From Octopus vulgaris (taxonomy: Eukaryota), in assembly GCA_951406725.2 (NCBI GenBank), contig OX597822.1, positions 17,112,001 through 17,176,000 of the forward strand: a stretch of 64,000 nt of DNA, in the 5' to 3' direction. Below the pieces are notes generated by a model, which saw only the letters and a list, made by a program, of their open reading frames with translations, ran no database searches and was not told where the DNA came from. Each line of letters starts with the position of its first letter. The stretch's first letter is position 1. This document shows positions 39,562-55,244 of this stretch, piece after piece. Both the position numbers and the translations under genes were made by a program.

Positions 39562-41017
39562 ACACACACAGTGCTCTTCTCTTATGCTTGTTTCATTCAG
39601 TGAACGGTAGCCTTGCTGGGGCAGCAACTTCAAAGATCTTAGTCAATCACTTATTTCAGTCTGATAGATTTCCTATTGATATCTATTCATTGAATCACTA
39701 AATTATTCTTTCTGATCTAATATTGCTTTTTTTTTTTTTCCTTTTTCGTACAACTGGCAGTGTAGTTTCAAAGACATAAAAAAATCACAAACACACACAT
39801 TTACAAATATACAATAGGCTTCTGCATAGTTTCCATGCACTGAATCCCACCCAGAGGTTGTCAACTTGAGGTTACAGTAAAAAATACTTGCATATCTGCC
39901 CAATGTGCTGAACAATGGGTCAAAGCCAGAACCACGGGTCAAGAAGAGAACTTCTTTATCACACGGCCCTCTTGCTAGTAACTGGAGACAATCTACTTAC
40001 ACAAACAAACAGCTGTATATTATTAGGGAAGGAGGAATCAGAAGTTGGGATGTTCATACATTCTGCAACTATATTTGCAGAATAATGTTGTTTTACATTG
40101 GAATTGGAGTTATGTATTAAAGCAGTGTGTGTGTATGTGTGTGTGTTTTAAATATCAAGATAGATGCACAGATGAAGAGATAGGGAGATGGATAAATAAA
40201 CCAAAAAAATTTATAGGTAGGACATAGAGATACAAAACGGTTTGATAACTATTTCCAAAAACAGTAATTGTTTTTCAAGGACAAAAATGAGAGAAAATAA
40301 TATTTTTACCAACTTAAACAAAGATTACTTTTACAGACTTTCTTTTTAATAGTTTCATTTTTCACTAAGTGTTAGAAAGAAAATGAATCGACAGAAAAAA
40401 AGAAAGACTATTGTAACAGTGTCATCAGGAATGTTTTAACACATCAAATGGAATACAAATTTGGTTTAAGATTCTAGTAATTCTTAGAAAAGAACAGATG
40501 ACAAAATGTTTGTCAATTAGTACTTTTGATTGTGACTTGAAATTATAATGACAATGATGATGATTAGAAGAACAACAACAACAATAATGAAGAATGGAAA
40601 ATTTTAGAAACAGCAAAGAAGTATAATTGGAAAAATTGTTTTGTACAAAATCGGAAATTATGGAAATTATAAAAAGGAAATGAAAATATTGCATGTTTCT
40701 AAATAAATTATAATGCAATTATTGTAAATAACTTGTAATATTTCTCTTAAGGATTGGGTAGTAGTGTGCTTCAAAGAAATGTAATTTGGAGGGGTGGGGT
40801 ATATAAGAGTTCTACAACAACAGACATTATCGAAAGAATACAGAAATAAGATCCTGTATTTTCTAAAAGTTTAGTCAAGAACATTGAAATAATAACCATA
40901 CATATATCATATTCTAGGATGAAATTAGAACAATGATAGGAAAGGCATCGAAGCACAAAATGCTGAAAGTGAAAACCCAATTAACCCAAACCAACATGGA
41001 AAGATTGTATGAAAAAT

Positions 41018-41460
41018 GATGATGATGACAATGGTGATGACAGTAATTTTGATGTGTTCTGTTCTGTGTTTTCTTGTTTTATTTTTGGTCCATGCCCTGT
41101 TGTTTTTAGTTCCTCTTCCATCTATCCCTCTAAACTCACCTCAACTGTCTTCCTTTTGCCCTTTAGGTTCCAGAACAAATCTTACTTTTGCAAACACTCT
41201 TCTGGCCTTCTTAACATATATATGGTCTACTCACTTCCAATTGCATCTTGTTCTTTGTTGGTTGATGGGTTGTTTCTTGGTTTTGACCCGGAAGTCTTTG
41301 TTGCTCAAAATTTCTAAATGTCTTATGTTTAGGAGTTTTAAAGGTACATGTTTATGAATATTAGGAGCTTTCTCAGGATATTTTGTTTCCATTCACCATG
41401 ACTGGGCATCATATAGCAGAGCAGTTTTGACTTACTGTTGAAAATTCTCCCCTTAATGCG
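41018..41460 (-). mobile_element. RTE-clade LINE 3' relic
   Basis: Degenerate FNS-VK-LLYDAQSW, LRKLLI, SNKDF-VKT-KQPI and WNLKGKR motifs, ending in a (CAT)n-like tail. Confidence 0.55.
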
Positions 41461-44236
41461 TGTGTCAACTTAAACCTAACCTGCAAAGGTTAGATACGAG
41501 TGCTACCAGCTGTTATAACTGTACTTTATCTAAGACAACAGCAGAGGAAACTTCTAATCTTTGTTACTGAGTATGTCATGATTTTGGTATGGTTTACACA
41601 GTTACTAGATGAGTCTTTCAATTTCAAGTCACTTAAATGGATAAAAAAAAAAACAAGCATTCATTTTTTTTTATACTATAGCCATCAGGAGAAATGTTAT
41701 GACCCTATGCCCCATCTGCCCTGAATATATAAATTGTAGCAAATAACTCTCTCTCCAGAATATCTGCTACTTGTTCCTTAAAGTTATCTGAGTTCTGGTA
41801 CACTGAGAAAATTGGACAGTAAAACAGTTGTGGAGAATATGAACCCACATCTGACAAGTACGTAGTTCTGCTGAATGGCAACCTCATATCACCTCAGTCG
41901 TTTTTAGTCTCTACAGTAATTATTTACGACAGATAAAAATGATTAATTTTCGAGAAAACTATTTTGAGAATGACAGATTTATAAGATATAAATAAAAAGA
42001 AAAATTGAAACAAAAACAAAGACAAAGAATTCATTAGTGAATTAGTTGAATAATAAATGAGGCAGAATCAATAAGCGTCTAAAAAGCATTGGTTAAATAG
42101 TGGTTAAGTGGAAAGTAACAAAGCAAGTTTTACAAGCAGGCACCTTTAGAACAACAACCAAAAAAATATTTATATATCGTATGTGAAGAATTATTACTGC
42201 TTTGGTTCAATACAGAGTGATGTTATTTGGAAAAAAACCAAACAACATTAGTGATTAAGTGATTGAAATAGGATTGGCTGTAGGTTTAAGAGGTTTGGTT
42301 CACAATGAAATGGTTCCAGTTTTGATTGAATTGCAAGACTTCTTGGTAGTGGAAATTGCAAGACGGAAACTGTGTGGAAGTTTGCTGGGTATACACACAC
42401 GCACACATATGTGCACATGTGTGCATGTGTGTGTGTATATTGGTACTAAAACAACCGGTGCTTTATGACCAAAGTTACTTGAGATATTTATTCAGCATTG
42501 AATTACAGACACTCCCTTGGCACTTTTGTCATTGGAAATGGCATGAAGCACAAAGACTGGTTCATTGCAGCAGCCAAGTGCTGAGATTGAAGACATCTCT
42601 AATGCATTTCTTTAAAATTATTGGCCTTATGCTTGAATCAGAAACAATTGTTGTTCATCATTTGCAATAAAAAATAGTAAAATTATCAAAATAAAATAAG
42701 TGAACTCGTTTGCTATAATTGAAAATATGAAAATCATGTTCATTGATAAAATTATTTTTCTGTTTTAAGACATTTCCTCCTATTTCAGCCAGTTGCCTAT
42801 AATTTATGCAATGAACAATTATTTCATTTAATAAATTATTTACTTCTTTTAAATTAAAATGCAGTAAAAATTCTTTAATTATTAATGTGTTTTAAAAAAA
42901 CCTATCCTTATGTGTTGTTTCCCTAATTAACCATCTGATCTAATTTCAGTCCCACTCTGGGGCATCTGGGGCAAATGGTTTTCTGCAATAGTCAAGGTCT
43001 GACTTAAGCCTTGTGAGTAGAATTGATAGACAGACTGTCTTGGGAAGGTCATTATACCAATAATGAAAACACATGCACTGGTTCATTATCACTTCTTCAT
43101 TGTTAGTCAATTGGTTTAACATCTAACTAATCAATCAATCAGTTGTTTAATGTGCTGGTTAAACAATCAATCAGTTATTTGATGCATGAGAAGCCTGTTT
43201 TACACACACACACACACAAAGAGGCATGCATATGTTCATATGTGTGTGTCAGTGTGTCTGCTTGTCTTGACGTAGTGCAATAGAGTCCCTGCCCTGCACT
43301 CGGTACCATTCATTTCTAATCTTCCATAGAAACATGTCCATTGTGCTGTTTGTGTTTGAAGGATTAGGGAAAATAACATGTTTACTTGGAAACAGGTGAG
43401 GGTTGGCAACAAGAAGGACCTCAGGGCTGCAGAGAACCTGCTAATGTTTCTGCCAGCTCACCACCTTGAAAGAAGTACTAATACAAATGGACTTAATTCA
43501 GTCAAGTTTATGAATAATACAACCAAAATCTAGGCTTTGTACCAAGCTAAACCAACTCAATGTTACACATCCACGGACACTGAATTGATAGAGTAATTAA
43601 CAAAATCTCTTATGATATTTAGTTAGAGCAGTTTGCATTTAGAGTTCAAATCTCACTAAGATCAGTTTTACTTTTCATTCTTCAGCATTGATAAAATAAA
43701 ATACTAACCGATTACTGGGTCAATGTAACTGACCCTTTTGGAAAATGTATGTCCAAGTGCTAATGCTACAAATAAACTATTGCTTGTTCATAAAGTGACT
43801 TGTCCAGTAAAGCCAAAGAAGTGACTCAGCTTTGATACTTGGAAGAATTTATTTCAATAGCAAACTGCAGCCAAGGTAACTTGTCCAGGAGAGCAATAAC
43901 TATAAGCAAAACCCAATAGAGAGTACATAAGTGGTATTCTTTTAGTTCTATTGCAGACAAGTTCTCAAGTGAAGGATGGCACAGCAAAATGCATCTCCAG
44001 TCAATGATAATGTAAAGCAGTTAGTGCTTCAGCCAAGTGTAAGAACAATTTGACTCTTGCTCCCCACCCCCGAATCATGACACACACAACAAAGGGGGGG
44101 ATTCTCTGTTGTTAGGTATATAAGAGGATGAAGGGGAATGGGGCACTGTGAGAGCTTATCTGGCCTTTGATAGCACAAGAGGGGAAAAAAAGTATCATAA
44201 GGATATCGATGGTGATGACAATATGTATGAGCAAAT

Positions 44237-44279
<43 letters not shown>

Positions 44280-44514
44280 GATACCTACATAGTCATAATT
44301 CTATAATATATTTGCAAGATTCAAATGTAATGATTTTAAAAAAAATCTCTTAATTTCTTGGATAATGTCAAAACAAGATCGGCATGAATAAATTACTTGC
44401 ATTCTGAATAAATTACTTGGTGCAAAATACATACATGCAATCATATACATACATACATATAATACATCATACATACATACATGATACATACATACATAAT
44501 ATATATATACATAC

Positions 44515-44558
<44 letters not shown>

Positions 44559-45761
44559 TAACGAAACTGAATAACTGACAATTGAATTAAGATCTAGTAG
44601 ATAACTTTAATATGTACATATGTAATTATGTAGAATACATAGAAATACCAGGTCTATATATGGTATCACTTCAAATAGACAAAGTGCTATTATAATTTAA
44701 ATCTTTCTTTACAATAAGATCTGCTTTAATTAGAATAAAAATTTTACAAATAGTTGAATAAGTGCTACTGGGTTTGGAGAGTTCAGTCTTCACACATATG
44801 TTGGGCAATTCTCTACCACCACAGACTTTAGCTGACCAAAGGCTTTTGGGAGAAAAATTTGCTAGATGGAAACTGTGTGGAAGCCTATGGTTTGGACTGT
44901 TCATGTTTGTGGATGGTACACTTAATTTGTACCATAACATCTTTAATTGCAGTCTCTTCCTCTCTTTGAAACAAGACTTACAGCTACCAGTTAATAAAAC
45001 TGGAATCTCTTTGTAGTTTCATTGAAAATTGTAAATATAAAAATCACTAAGTTTAGAACATTTGCAGCTCAAATTATGCAGGAAGTATTTTCAAAATTAA
45101 TAAGAAAAATTTAAAGAAATGAATATAAAGGACTTTTTCCATACACCATAAAACTAGAAGAAATTTAAGTTTATGTACCAAAAGCAGGAAAATCTCTCCC
45201 AAAATATTTCTCATTGCCTTTTTGAAATAATCAAATTAAAAATGTTCTTGGTGACAGAAAAATATTTCAAAATTAATTGGAATTAATGAAAATAACAAAA
45301 ATATCAATTATTTGACTATGTACAGAAACAAGTTCATAATTATTTTCATCAAAGGTACCAGATTATTTTTAGTTGACTCACTTCACACAGTAAGTTGCAG
45401 TGAAAGTAACTAAGTTAAATATATTATTCATCAAAGAACCAATTTATTGTTTTCTTAAGCCAGGAGGAATGGAAATATGCCATTGGCTTTTGGAACAAGT
45501 TTCTGTTTTAGGAAAGAGATGGAAAAAAGGTTTCTATGATCTTCTTAAAATGCATGTGCTGTGCTATAAATCCTGCAATGTGAGATATCTTTAGTTTTTC
45601 TCACTAAATTGTGTGAATTAAATAAAACAATTAAAAATATAATGCAAAAGTAAGAAATGTACTATGGAAATTATCATTAACTTTTAACTTATTTCTCTCA
45701 ATCTGGTCCCTTTTAGAAGAGCTGATAGAGACCGAAAGTAAAAGTCAGGCATTGCTGGGTG

Positions 45762-46125
45762 TTTAAGAAGCTTGCTTTAAAACCACATGGATCTGGGGGT
45801 CAGTGTTAGTGCATGGCACCTTAAGCAACTGTCTGTTACTATAGCCAATGCTTTGTGAGTGAATTTGGTAGAGAGAAACTGTATGGAAGCCCAGTGTGTG
45901 TAAGCATGTGTGTGTATATGCATGTATGCATATGTGTGCGTGTCTTTTTGTTCATCCCTCCCACCACTTGACAACCAGTGTTAGTTTGTTCACATCCCTG
46001 TGGTTACACTGGTTTGGAAAAAGTGATCAACAGAATAAGTACTGAGGTTGATTTGCTTGACTAAACCATTCAGGACACTGCTGCCCCAGTATGGCTGCAG
46101 TCTGATGACTGAAGCAAATGAAAAG
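45762..46125 (+). mobile_element. Diverged CORE-type SINE
   Basis: aagaagcttgct...aaccacatgg...ggcaccttaagcaactgtc...gtgagtgaatttggtagagagaaactg...ccagtatggctgcagtc...gactgaagcaaat. Confidence 0.65.
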
Positions 46126-48925
46126 CAATAACAGCAACAATCATAAGCAATAGAAACTAAAACCTGATGAGATGTCAGTAGAAATGAAACGGTACTGATG
46201 TGATGTGTGAGAAACGAAGGATGTTGGAGAGGAGGCAACGAGTATACAATAAAACTGACATCTAATTGTTAAACTGCAAGATCAAATAAACGACTTTCTG
46301 GTACCATAAACATTTTAGGAACGATTAAATGCAATCTTTACAACAATAACATACGCTTGAAAACTGCATAATTTTTAGTTTATTTTCTACAAAATAATTA
46401 ATATAAAATAATTAAAATTGTAAAATAATTGGATAAGGTAGTCAATGTAATTAGTTGGGTTGTCTTGAACTCCTTTATGGTGATAACAGTAACTGAAAAG
46501 TGTGTGCTCTGGGAAATTCATAAAGGGGAAATAGTTGAAATCTCCCACATTTATATAAGTTGATGGAACACTTTTTTAATATTCAATTATAATTGTTTAA
46601 TTAGGAAATGACTGTGTATAGGATAAAGTTAAGGCAGATGCTTAAGAGTGGAAGTAACAAAGAAATCAATAAGAATGATCATTACTAAGCCATGAGCAGT
46701 CAACAAGATATTGATCAGTAATTTAAGGAGACAGCAAGATAAAATTCCCACTTGCATATGTGTGATATGTGTAATAAAATTTATGATGTATGGCACAGTG
46801 AGTATGTGTGCATGTGAGAAGAAAATGGTTTCTGAATTGAAGAAAGAAAATCAATTATGATGATGTAAAAGATATGACAACTCCACTCTACCATCTGTAT
46901 AAGAATAAATATTGCATGAACTGATATTTAAAGCAGTTGTTGAATAGAAGCTCCAACACAATCCAAACATGATAGAATATATTTTCAAATAGCAACAGAT
47001 GTAGTTCAAGTTAGTTAAGAACTTCACAACCAATTTCACAATGTTCATATTTCAAGGAAATAATGAGCAGCAAGAGGAACAAAATCCCATAATACTGGTG
47101 GATAATTTCTAAGTAAAATTAATAATTCACAAGTATCATTGAGATATTTTAGTTTATTTTTGATCTGAACTGGAAAACATCTGGTTAAATTTGAACTAAG
47201 AACGTAGTAACAGGCAAAATACCGCTAAGCATTTTGTCCAGTGGGCTAACAATTCTTCCCGCTTGCCACCTTGTTGTTAATAGAAATAATATAAAAAATC
47301 CTAGAAATCACTTGTCTTTGTAAAGTAAAATATAATTCCTCAGGATAAGTGAGTAATAAGAAAATAGAGAATGAATAATTTATCTGCCTCAAATCAAGTT
47401 TAACAATCAAAATAAAGAACACATTTGGCAGGAATATAAAAACAAGTAAGAATTTATAAGGGTTCTATTTTTAAACCCTAATCCTAATCTTGTAGCTATA
47501 AACACTTCAACATGTTTCAGACTAGCAGGATTGACTTTAAAACAATTTAATTCTACTATTATTAAATAAACAATATTTAAACAGCAATAGTTAACCAATG
47601 CTTAACTATTCACTGTTTAGACATCTTCAGTGCAAGCTCTATAACTATTATGTGTTGAGGAAATATAATAACAATTCACTAAGCATAGTGAAATACTAAC
47701 CACACTACTAAAACTACTGGTTTACTTTCATAACGTATTAATGGTGGGGAAAAACTTCAGATTTGCTCTAAATACAATAGGTTTTCATATGTTTCGAACA
47801 CATTGATGCATTCAGACACATTTATGATAATAGATGAAGGTTTGCATATTTTGTGTGTAAAATACGATAGATCTTCATTAAACAAGTGAAACAAACATAG
47901 GAATTGTATGATTTACCCAATATCAAATCAGTTATTATTAGAAAACAGAAAACATTCAAGTAGTATGGATATATATATAACATGAGAATTGAATTAAATT
48001 CCTCAAGTTACCTTTTTATTGTTACCAGAACAAGTGTAATCCAAGGAAGACCTATCAGACTGTAATTATAACAAGCATAAACCCCAAAAGCAATTTGCTG
48101 GGGAAATAAATAAAAAAAAATTAAAAAAAGGTAGTTAATACCAAGTTTCAGGTTAAATGTATTGTTCTGTAGATACCTGACAAAAAATAGTGGAATCCAT
48201 CATAAGGACATTTTTCCCAACATTCTGAGGAAATGATTAAGGAATGGGAAACAGCTGCAGAAAGGTAAATTTACAAACCTTTATGAGTAACACAATTTAT
48301 AAAATTTCTAAGAGAAATGTGCATCAGTGTGTTTTGAAAGAAAACAAAAAAACAAACAAACAAACAAAAAACCCCCCATTTCATTTGTCTGTAATTTAGA
48401 TCTGCAAGAAATACATTTATTCTGATTCTGCATGAGACAGTAGGAATAATATATTTCTTCTTTCACACAAGGAAATTAAGTTTCTTGTTCAAATAATGTA
48501 TCAAATTATCATATTGTGATAGAAAATTTCTATCAGAGAATTATGTTTTTCAAATTTAAATGGAAACAAATATGTTCAAAATAAAATCTTCACTTGTCCA
48601 CCCATTCACTCTTTTGTATTATGTCTATGCATTATGTCAACATGTCTATCTATATTTATCATCATTGCTGCCACCATCACCACCACCACTACTACTACCA
48701 TCTCACTGTGTGTGTGTGTGTGTGTTACATACAAGTTTTATGTCCACAACAAAAATAGCATTTTTTTTTTACTTCTGAGATAAATTTATGACCAAATAAA
48801 AATAGGAAGCAATATTTACAAGGAAATTGAGAAATTACATGTTGCTATGAAAACTACCTGATAACCTAGATCAAAATAGTAATAGATCATTTCTCAAAGC
48901 ATGATTTAAAAAAAAAACATTGAGA

Positions 48926-48930
<5 letters not shown>

Positions 48931-49012
<82 letters not shown>
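48931..49012. repeat. (GA)n microsatellite
   Basis: Directly visible; a second tract lies at 58135-58198. Confidence 0.95.
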
Positions 49013-49016
<4 letters not shown>

Positions 49017-50897
49017 TATGCAAGCAGTTGTTGTGTGAACAGTGTTGAAAGTATATGAAGAGAAGGAAATTAATCTTATTTTTTGAGCCTTCATCCCAGG
49101 AGTCATTTTCCTAATACAGGTGTAATTTTTTTTTCTATATTTTAAAAACTTTTTATTTCATCTTCACGATTGATCAAATCCAAAAAAATGTTTTTCCACT
49201 TTAACATTACAGGAATCTGATCAATTATATTATAGGAAAAAGCTGACATATCAATTCAGTAGTTTTCTGTCTATAGTTTATTCTTAGTAGTTTCAGGAAG
49301 CAGCAGATAAAATAGTGATTTGGTGCAGGTCTAATTTTTTGGCATAGTCAAAATCAATTTAATTAATCACAGAATATTACTGGTACTTAATTTTATCCAC
49401 GCTACTGAGTCAACTACTATTTGACTCTCCAGTCTTAGTAAAGTCAATCGCAATATCTGGTCGAGAATGTTACTGCTGCTACTTATACTATTTTACAGAT
49501 AACATTTACTCATTGGGAAAATTTTAAACGAATCTTGGAAGAATTCATACAATTATTTGATGCATAATTTCTTAAAGAAATTATCAAAGTCTTGCATGGC
49601 TAAAAGATTTCTACAAATGCATTATTTCTACTTTGCAATTTTGAAGTAGCAATTGCACTTACATGTTATTAAAGTTTAAAATATACAAGTTTTCTGAAGA
49701 AGGATTTATATTCTCAGCCATTGATTAAATGATGATTCTAAGACTTCAATACACTACACAGTTAAACAGATACAACTTTTGTTTCTCTTTGCTGTCTTGG
49801 AAAGCTTTCTTTATTGGTGTTGTTGATCAAATCCAATACTGGTATCTATCAGTTTCATTAAATCTGTGTTCGACAGAAAAAAAACTGATCACATGGATGA
49901 GAAGTTGTTGCTGTAGAAATGGTGGAGAATGATAAATTATTGTTTCCTGATTAGCTTGTTTGAATGCAATGGAATTTTATTGGATAGAAAAATTCTACCA
50001 ATTTCCTTCTCTTTTGATATTTTTCTATTCTTTTGATAATTTTTTTTTTTTTATGTTCAGTTTGTAGTGTAGACTGACTTTGACTATTGACATTAGTGAG
50101 AAGATGAAGGATGATGTTTCTTTTGAATTCTTAAGGGTTATTAATAATAAGAAAGCAAATGCTGTAAAACAGTGCTGAAGAATTGCAAAAGAAACAGAAT
50201 ACTGTGCATTTTGTTTAATGAAAGAAACAGATAATGAAAGAGTATTGAAGTGGAGGGAAAATGAAACAAGAAAATACTTTGATCATACCAGCAAGCTAAA
50301 CAGTAAGATATGAAATACAATAAAAGGTACAAGCCTTTTTAAAGCAAGGCAACACTCAAGTGTTCAAATAATTCTCACCAAGAGATTTAAAATATAAGGA
50401 AATCTGAGTTTGAGACAATCATTTTGGAAGTAATCAATCAGATATAAATAGCTTTTTAATGTGCAATGTTTTAAAATGCAGAGGTTTCTAAGAGAAAAAA
50501 TTTAGGACTAATGAAAGAAAGACATTGGGAAGCAAATTAATCTCTATTCAAAAGTGAAAACAGATTCCTGTTGCCTGTTGCATAAGATAATTCTATGGTG
50601 ATGATGGAAGGTGGGAAAGATAAGAGATTGTTAATGTAAATCTAATGACATTTTTAAAGAATATATTTATCATAATGAAAGAAATTAGCAAAGTTTCTGA
50701 CAGGATTCCATAACAATGATAGCAATCTTCTGCTGTCGGCCAATCTGGGGAAAACCACATTCAAGCATTTAGTTGATCATATTGACCACAGTGGTTATTT
50801 CAGTAGTTATTTTATTGAACCTACATATTGAACCACTAAGTTACAGGATATAAAAGGATATAATATGAACACAACACTAGATTCAATTGGTGTAAAC

Positions 50898-51428
50898 CAG
50901 TGGTGGGGAAACCCCTGCTTGTGGCTGCAATTGCCCCGGCGAGCACATTCTATCCCACCTGCAGGCTGATATACTCATATGGAAAAAATATAGTAAATTT
51001 TTCAATTATGAAATTTATACAATATTCATACGCCTATTTGTGACACAGGTTGTGTTTCCACTTATGACTTAAAAAGGTCAGAAATCGTTCTGTAATTGCC
51101 ATTTGAATGGAAATTTTGTTTTCACTATAAAACACATATTGCTAGGTTTGTGCCACCTTCTTGAGACCCAACTACACCCTAGCTGAAAAATATAGGATAC
51201 TGCATAAGTAATATAAACATCCTAAATTCAGTGGCGGCATTAATAATGATGTTACATGTTAATTTAATGTGTTAAATGTATATTTAATGTATATTGAATT
51301 ATACATAGATATATATATATATATATACAAGATTTACACAGATATAAGAGTCATAACTTGTGGTCTTGCTGCGGACCATTTTCATTAGAAATTTCTGCCT
51401 GATGCACTAAAAGGTTTCCCCACTCCTA
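50898..51428. mobile_element. Non-autonomous hAT (Charlie-like) DNA transposon
   Basis: TIRs CAGTGGTGGGGAAACC / GGTTTCCCCACTCCTA with a perfect 8-bp TSD GTGTAAAC at 50890-50897 and 51429-51436. Confidence 0.85.
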
Positions 51429-54400
51429 GTGTAAACAAAAATGCAAACACAGACACATATATAAGCACACAGCTATGTCTGTGCTCATGTCTAGATTTTC
51501 TCTGTTTTTTAATATTTTATAAGGAAAAGCTTGAATAAACAAGAATTATTCATTTGTGTGCCAGCATTTTTCTTTAGCCAATATATCAATAATTCACACC
51601 AACAAAGTAGGTTTCCCATGGTCAGTTTACTTGCTAGAAATAACAACTGAATCTTCCTCAAATCTTACCACGCTGTTTTAAAACAAGAAGGACATACAAA
51701 ATGTAGTCCTAGAAATACAGACTAGGGATGGTCAAAGATTGAATACCTTTCATCATAGGTTGATTCAATCAGAGCTAATTTAAGTCTAAGAACTAGATTT
51801 ATAATATCAATGCTTTTATCTACCTTTATCAATCCAGATACTAACAAGATTTGTTTTGCTTACACTTCTTTTGTTCTAGCGTGAACCCTATGCTTTAAGT
51901 TAAAAATTATAGACTGGGTAAAATCCAATAAACACAATAAATGAAGGACAATATTTCTGAGAGAAACCGCTGTTAATTCTTAGAAAAAAATTATGTTTTT
52001 ATTCACAGATAAAAATACAAACTTACATTAATGTGAGAAAATTTTTTATAGCAGGCTGGCTCAATTATGATACAATTCCAGGATTGTTTAGAGAACAAAA
52101 ATAAATGTTCATTACGAGATTTCAGAAGAATGCTGGAAGTACATTTCAGCCACAACAAGTGATAAATAACAATGGCAAGTGAAAACACCAGAGCCATAGT
52201 CTGAAGTAATAGCATGAGGAAATTACAATCACAGCCTGGCTGAAGAGGTACTTTGTGATTTGAATTATATGTCGGATTAGCTTATATCATTCTAGATAAA
52301 ATTATAAGAATAATTTTTAAGCTGAATAGGTGCAAAGTAATTTAGAATGGAAGGCCAATATTTGAAACGATCCCCCCAAAAAGAAAAGGAAAACAAACAC
52401 ACTGAGAAAATAAATATTTTTCAAAGGATTAATTCAATAATGCTTTATCTGTTGTAGCCTCTAACATACATTATATATAAAATGAAAATTATCAACAACT
52501 AAATCTCCACAAAGATAACCTTTCAGAGATGAAAATGTATTGACTGCTACTGATTAATATAAAGGAGAAGAATAAAAATTAAATAATATAGGAATAGTAG
52601 CTTTTTATTATTTTCTTGTAGCCAATAATTCCTGATTTTAATCTAAGATAACAAAACTAATTAAATAATGTGTATATGTATATATTATGTAATTGACTGT
52701 ACAGAACAGGTATACCATGTCCCCTGTATGTCATATGAGACAGCTACATGGGTCACTAACAGGATGCACATTCAATAGTAAAACACTGCCTCAGGCAACT
52801 GTCTAACCCATGCCAGCATGGAAAAGTGGATGTGAAATAAAATCATTGAGACACATACATGCTGTTTGATCCCAGGTCAGTCCTGGTTGAGTAGACCAAT
52901 GATTAAAGACATTCAAGAGCTGGCCATCTTCTCTTTTCTAGTGTCTATTATTTAATGTGTTCCTTCCTTGTTGATGATGGTAAGAGTGTGTTTTTAGGCA
53001 GTTCTGTCTGCTGTTTCTAGCAAACTGAGCAATTACACTCAGGGTCCCTTGTTGACTTGCCCACAGACATGCTTCAATAATTAGTGTGATAAATCCAGTA
53101 TTTTTCCAGATAGTTTTTGTCTATAAACATTCAATCCAAAGGTGAAAGCAGAGTGTGTGTGTGGGGGGTGGGGTTAGCTTACAGAAGAATGATGCCTATA
53201 AACAAGTTTTTTGAATGCCAATTAGGAGTGCTTCCCTTATATTCCACTCTCAAAAAATGTATGAATTTCTCAATTATCAATTCCTTTCTCAAAATCTGAG
53301 TTTTTATTAATGTAGAAATATATTTTTATCCTATAACATCTGTATGCAATATAGTAAACAGCCAGAACAATGTATGTAAAGAGAAAAAAAACTATGCAGA
53401 GTAGAAAGGTTGAAGTTGAAGAATAGAAAATAGCTACATTATTCAAGAGAAAAGGAAAAGCAGTGAAGAGGCTAATAAAAACTGACAAATGTTTAGAATA
53501 GTAAAACTGAAGGTGAGAATAAGCTGGGGAATTATGTGCACGCAATAATGAGGATAACTGTGTAGGATAAAAAAAAAGATGCATGAAAATATGAGTTGCT
53601 GTTAAATAAGAAGAATTAATGGAATAAAAAGAGCGTATTGAAAATTAATCCAAGCACATTATAGAAATGTGAATAAAATAGGCACAAAATAGGCAGTTTG
53701 AAGAATGAAAGAGAATTTGAAAGCCACATTGAAATAAAGGAGGTATGGTATTGTGGTAGTGCTAAAGATCTCTGATAAGAATAGTAGCAGTGCCATGTCA
53801 GTGATTGATGGTTGGCATATCAACACCATCATCAATTACTGGAAAGCTAAAACAAAGAGGAATAATTCTTGAAGAATGCTCACAGAAAAAAAAAAACAAA
53901 AACAAAAAACAAAGAAGGAAGGTATTAGATTAAAACACCTAAGAATTATGTCATGAGAGAATTACATTGGACTATCATTTGTTTTGATTTATATTGGTAA
54001 AAACAAGGAAATATGTTTATAAAACAGCAGAAAAGAATTAATTACAGATCCGCATATTTTTAGAAAAGACTTGTGGATTCAGCAATACAGAACTGAACAG
54101 AAGAGAAACCAGGCAATGAATAAGTCAGTATTTCTTAACCATTTGTGTCTCATGCTCCACTTTAATTTTTGAAAAACATTTACTCCTCCCCATAAATCAA
54201 AGTTGGTATATAACACTAAACATAAATATGTACATGTGTGTGTGTATCATCATCTGTATATATGCTTGTGCCATGGAAAAACCACTCAGTACACACTGTC
54301 AAGCAGGTGGCATTAGAATTCCAGGTGGTGCCCGTTCTGGAATCCAGTGGCTTCCTGGTGGTGTTGGATCACATCTGCAGTGAGAAGGTGTGATGTGAAG

Positions 54401-55244
54401 ACGACCTGCCACAGGTCAATTTGGGTGGCTTACATATACAGACAGTTTTCATGGACTCTGATCAACCCTTAAAACTTCTATGAACTCAAATAGGAGCCTG
54501 TTTAACCCATTCCGGGTGAATTCTATTATAAAATGAGAAGAGATTTAACTGGTCCTTTATTTTATTGACTCCTGAGATGATGAAAGACAAAGTTGGCCTT
54601 GATGGAACTTGAATTCAGAACATATTGAACAAGAAGAAATGCTGCTAAGCATTTTGTCCAATATGCTAAGGTTTCTACCATATAAAATGCAACCAAAGAA
54701 CAGCTGATGGAATCTGTAGATTTTAGAGTGTTTTGTGTTTATTCTTTTAAAACAGGAACAAAATAATTGTTTTTCCATTTCATGGTTTGCTTCAATTTTT
54801 TATTTTTCCATCCACAGAGAATAATGATTATATTTAAGAATTCAATCACAGCCACTGAATAAGTTAACATTTGACATTTTCATTACTGAAAATAATCTCA
54901 TCAGCCTGATGTTGTGATACAAGATAGATGAAGGGTCACAATATCAAATCAACACAATTAATATAAGAATCAATACAGAACAAATAAACAAATATATAAT
55001 GGATCTTTTTTAATTATTTTCCTGCTGTCACATATGAACATTTGCTGAAACCATGAAGGAAAACGGAGAAAACAATGAGAAATATATTAAGCAAATAAAA
55101 TGATATAAAGAAAAATAAAGATTAGATTATTGAAATAAGACCGAGGTTAGGCTTCACTGAGAAGGTCTGAATAAGACTAAAACAAGTTCAAAATTATCTT
55201 GTCTTACCAGTTAAGTCTTTAATAAGAAAATCATTATTATCATA

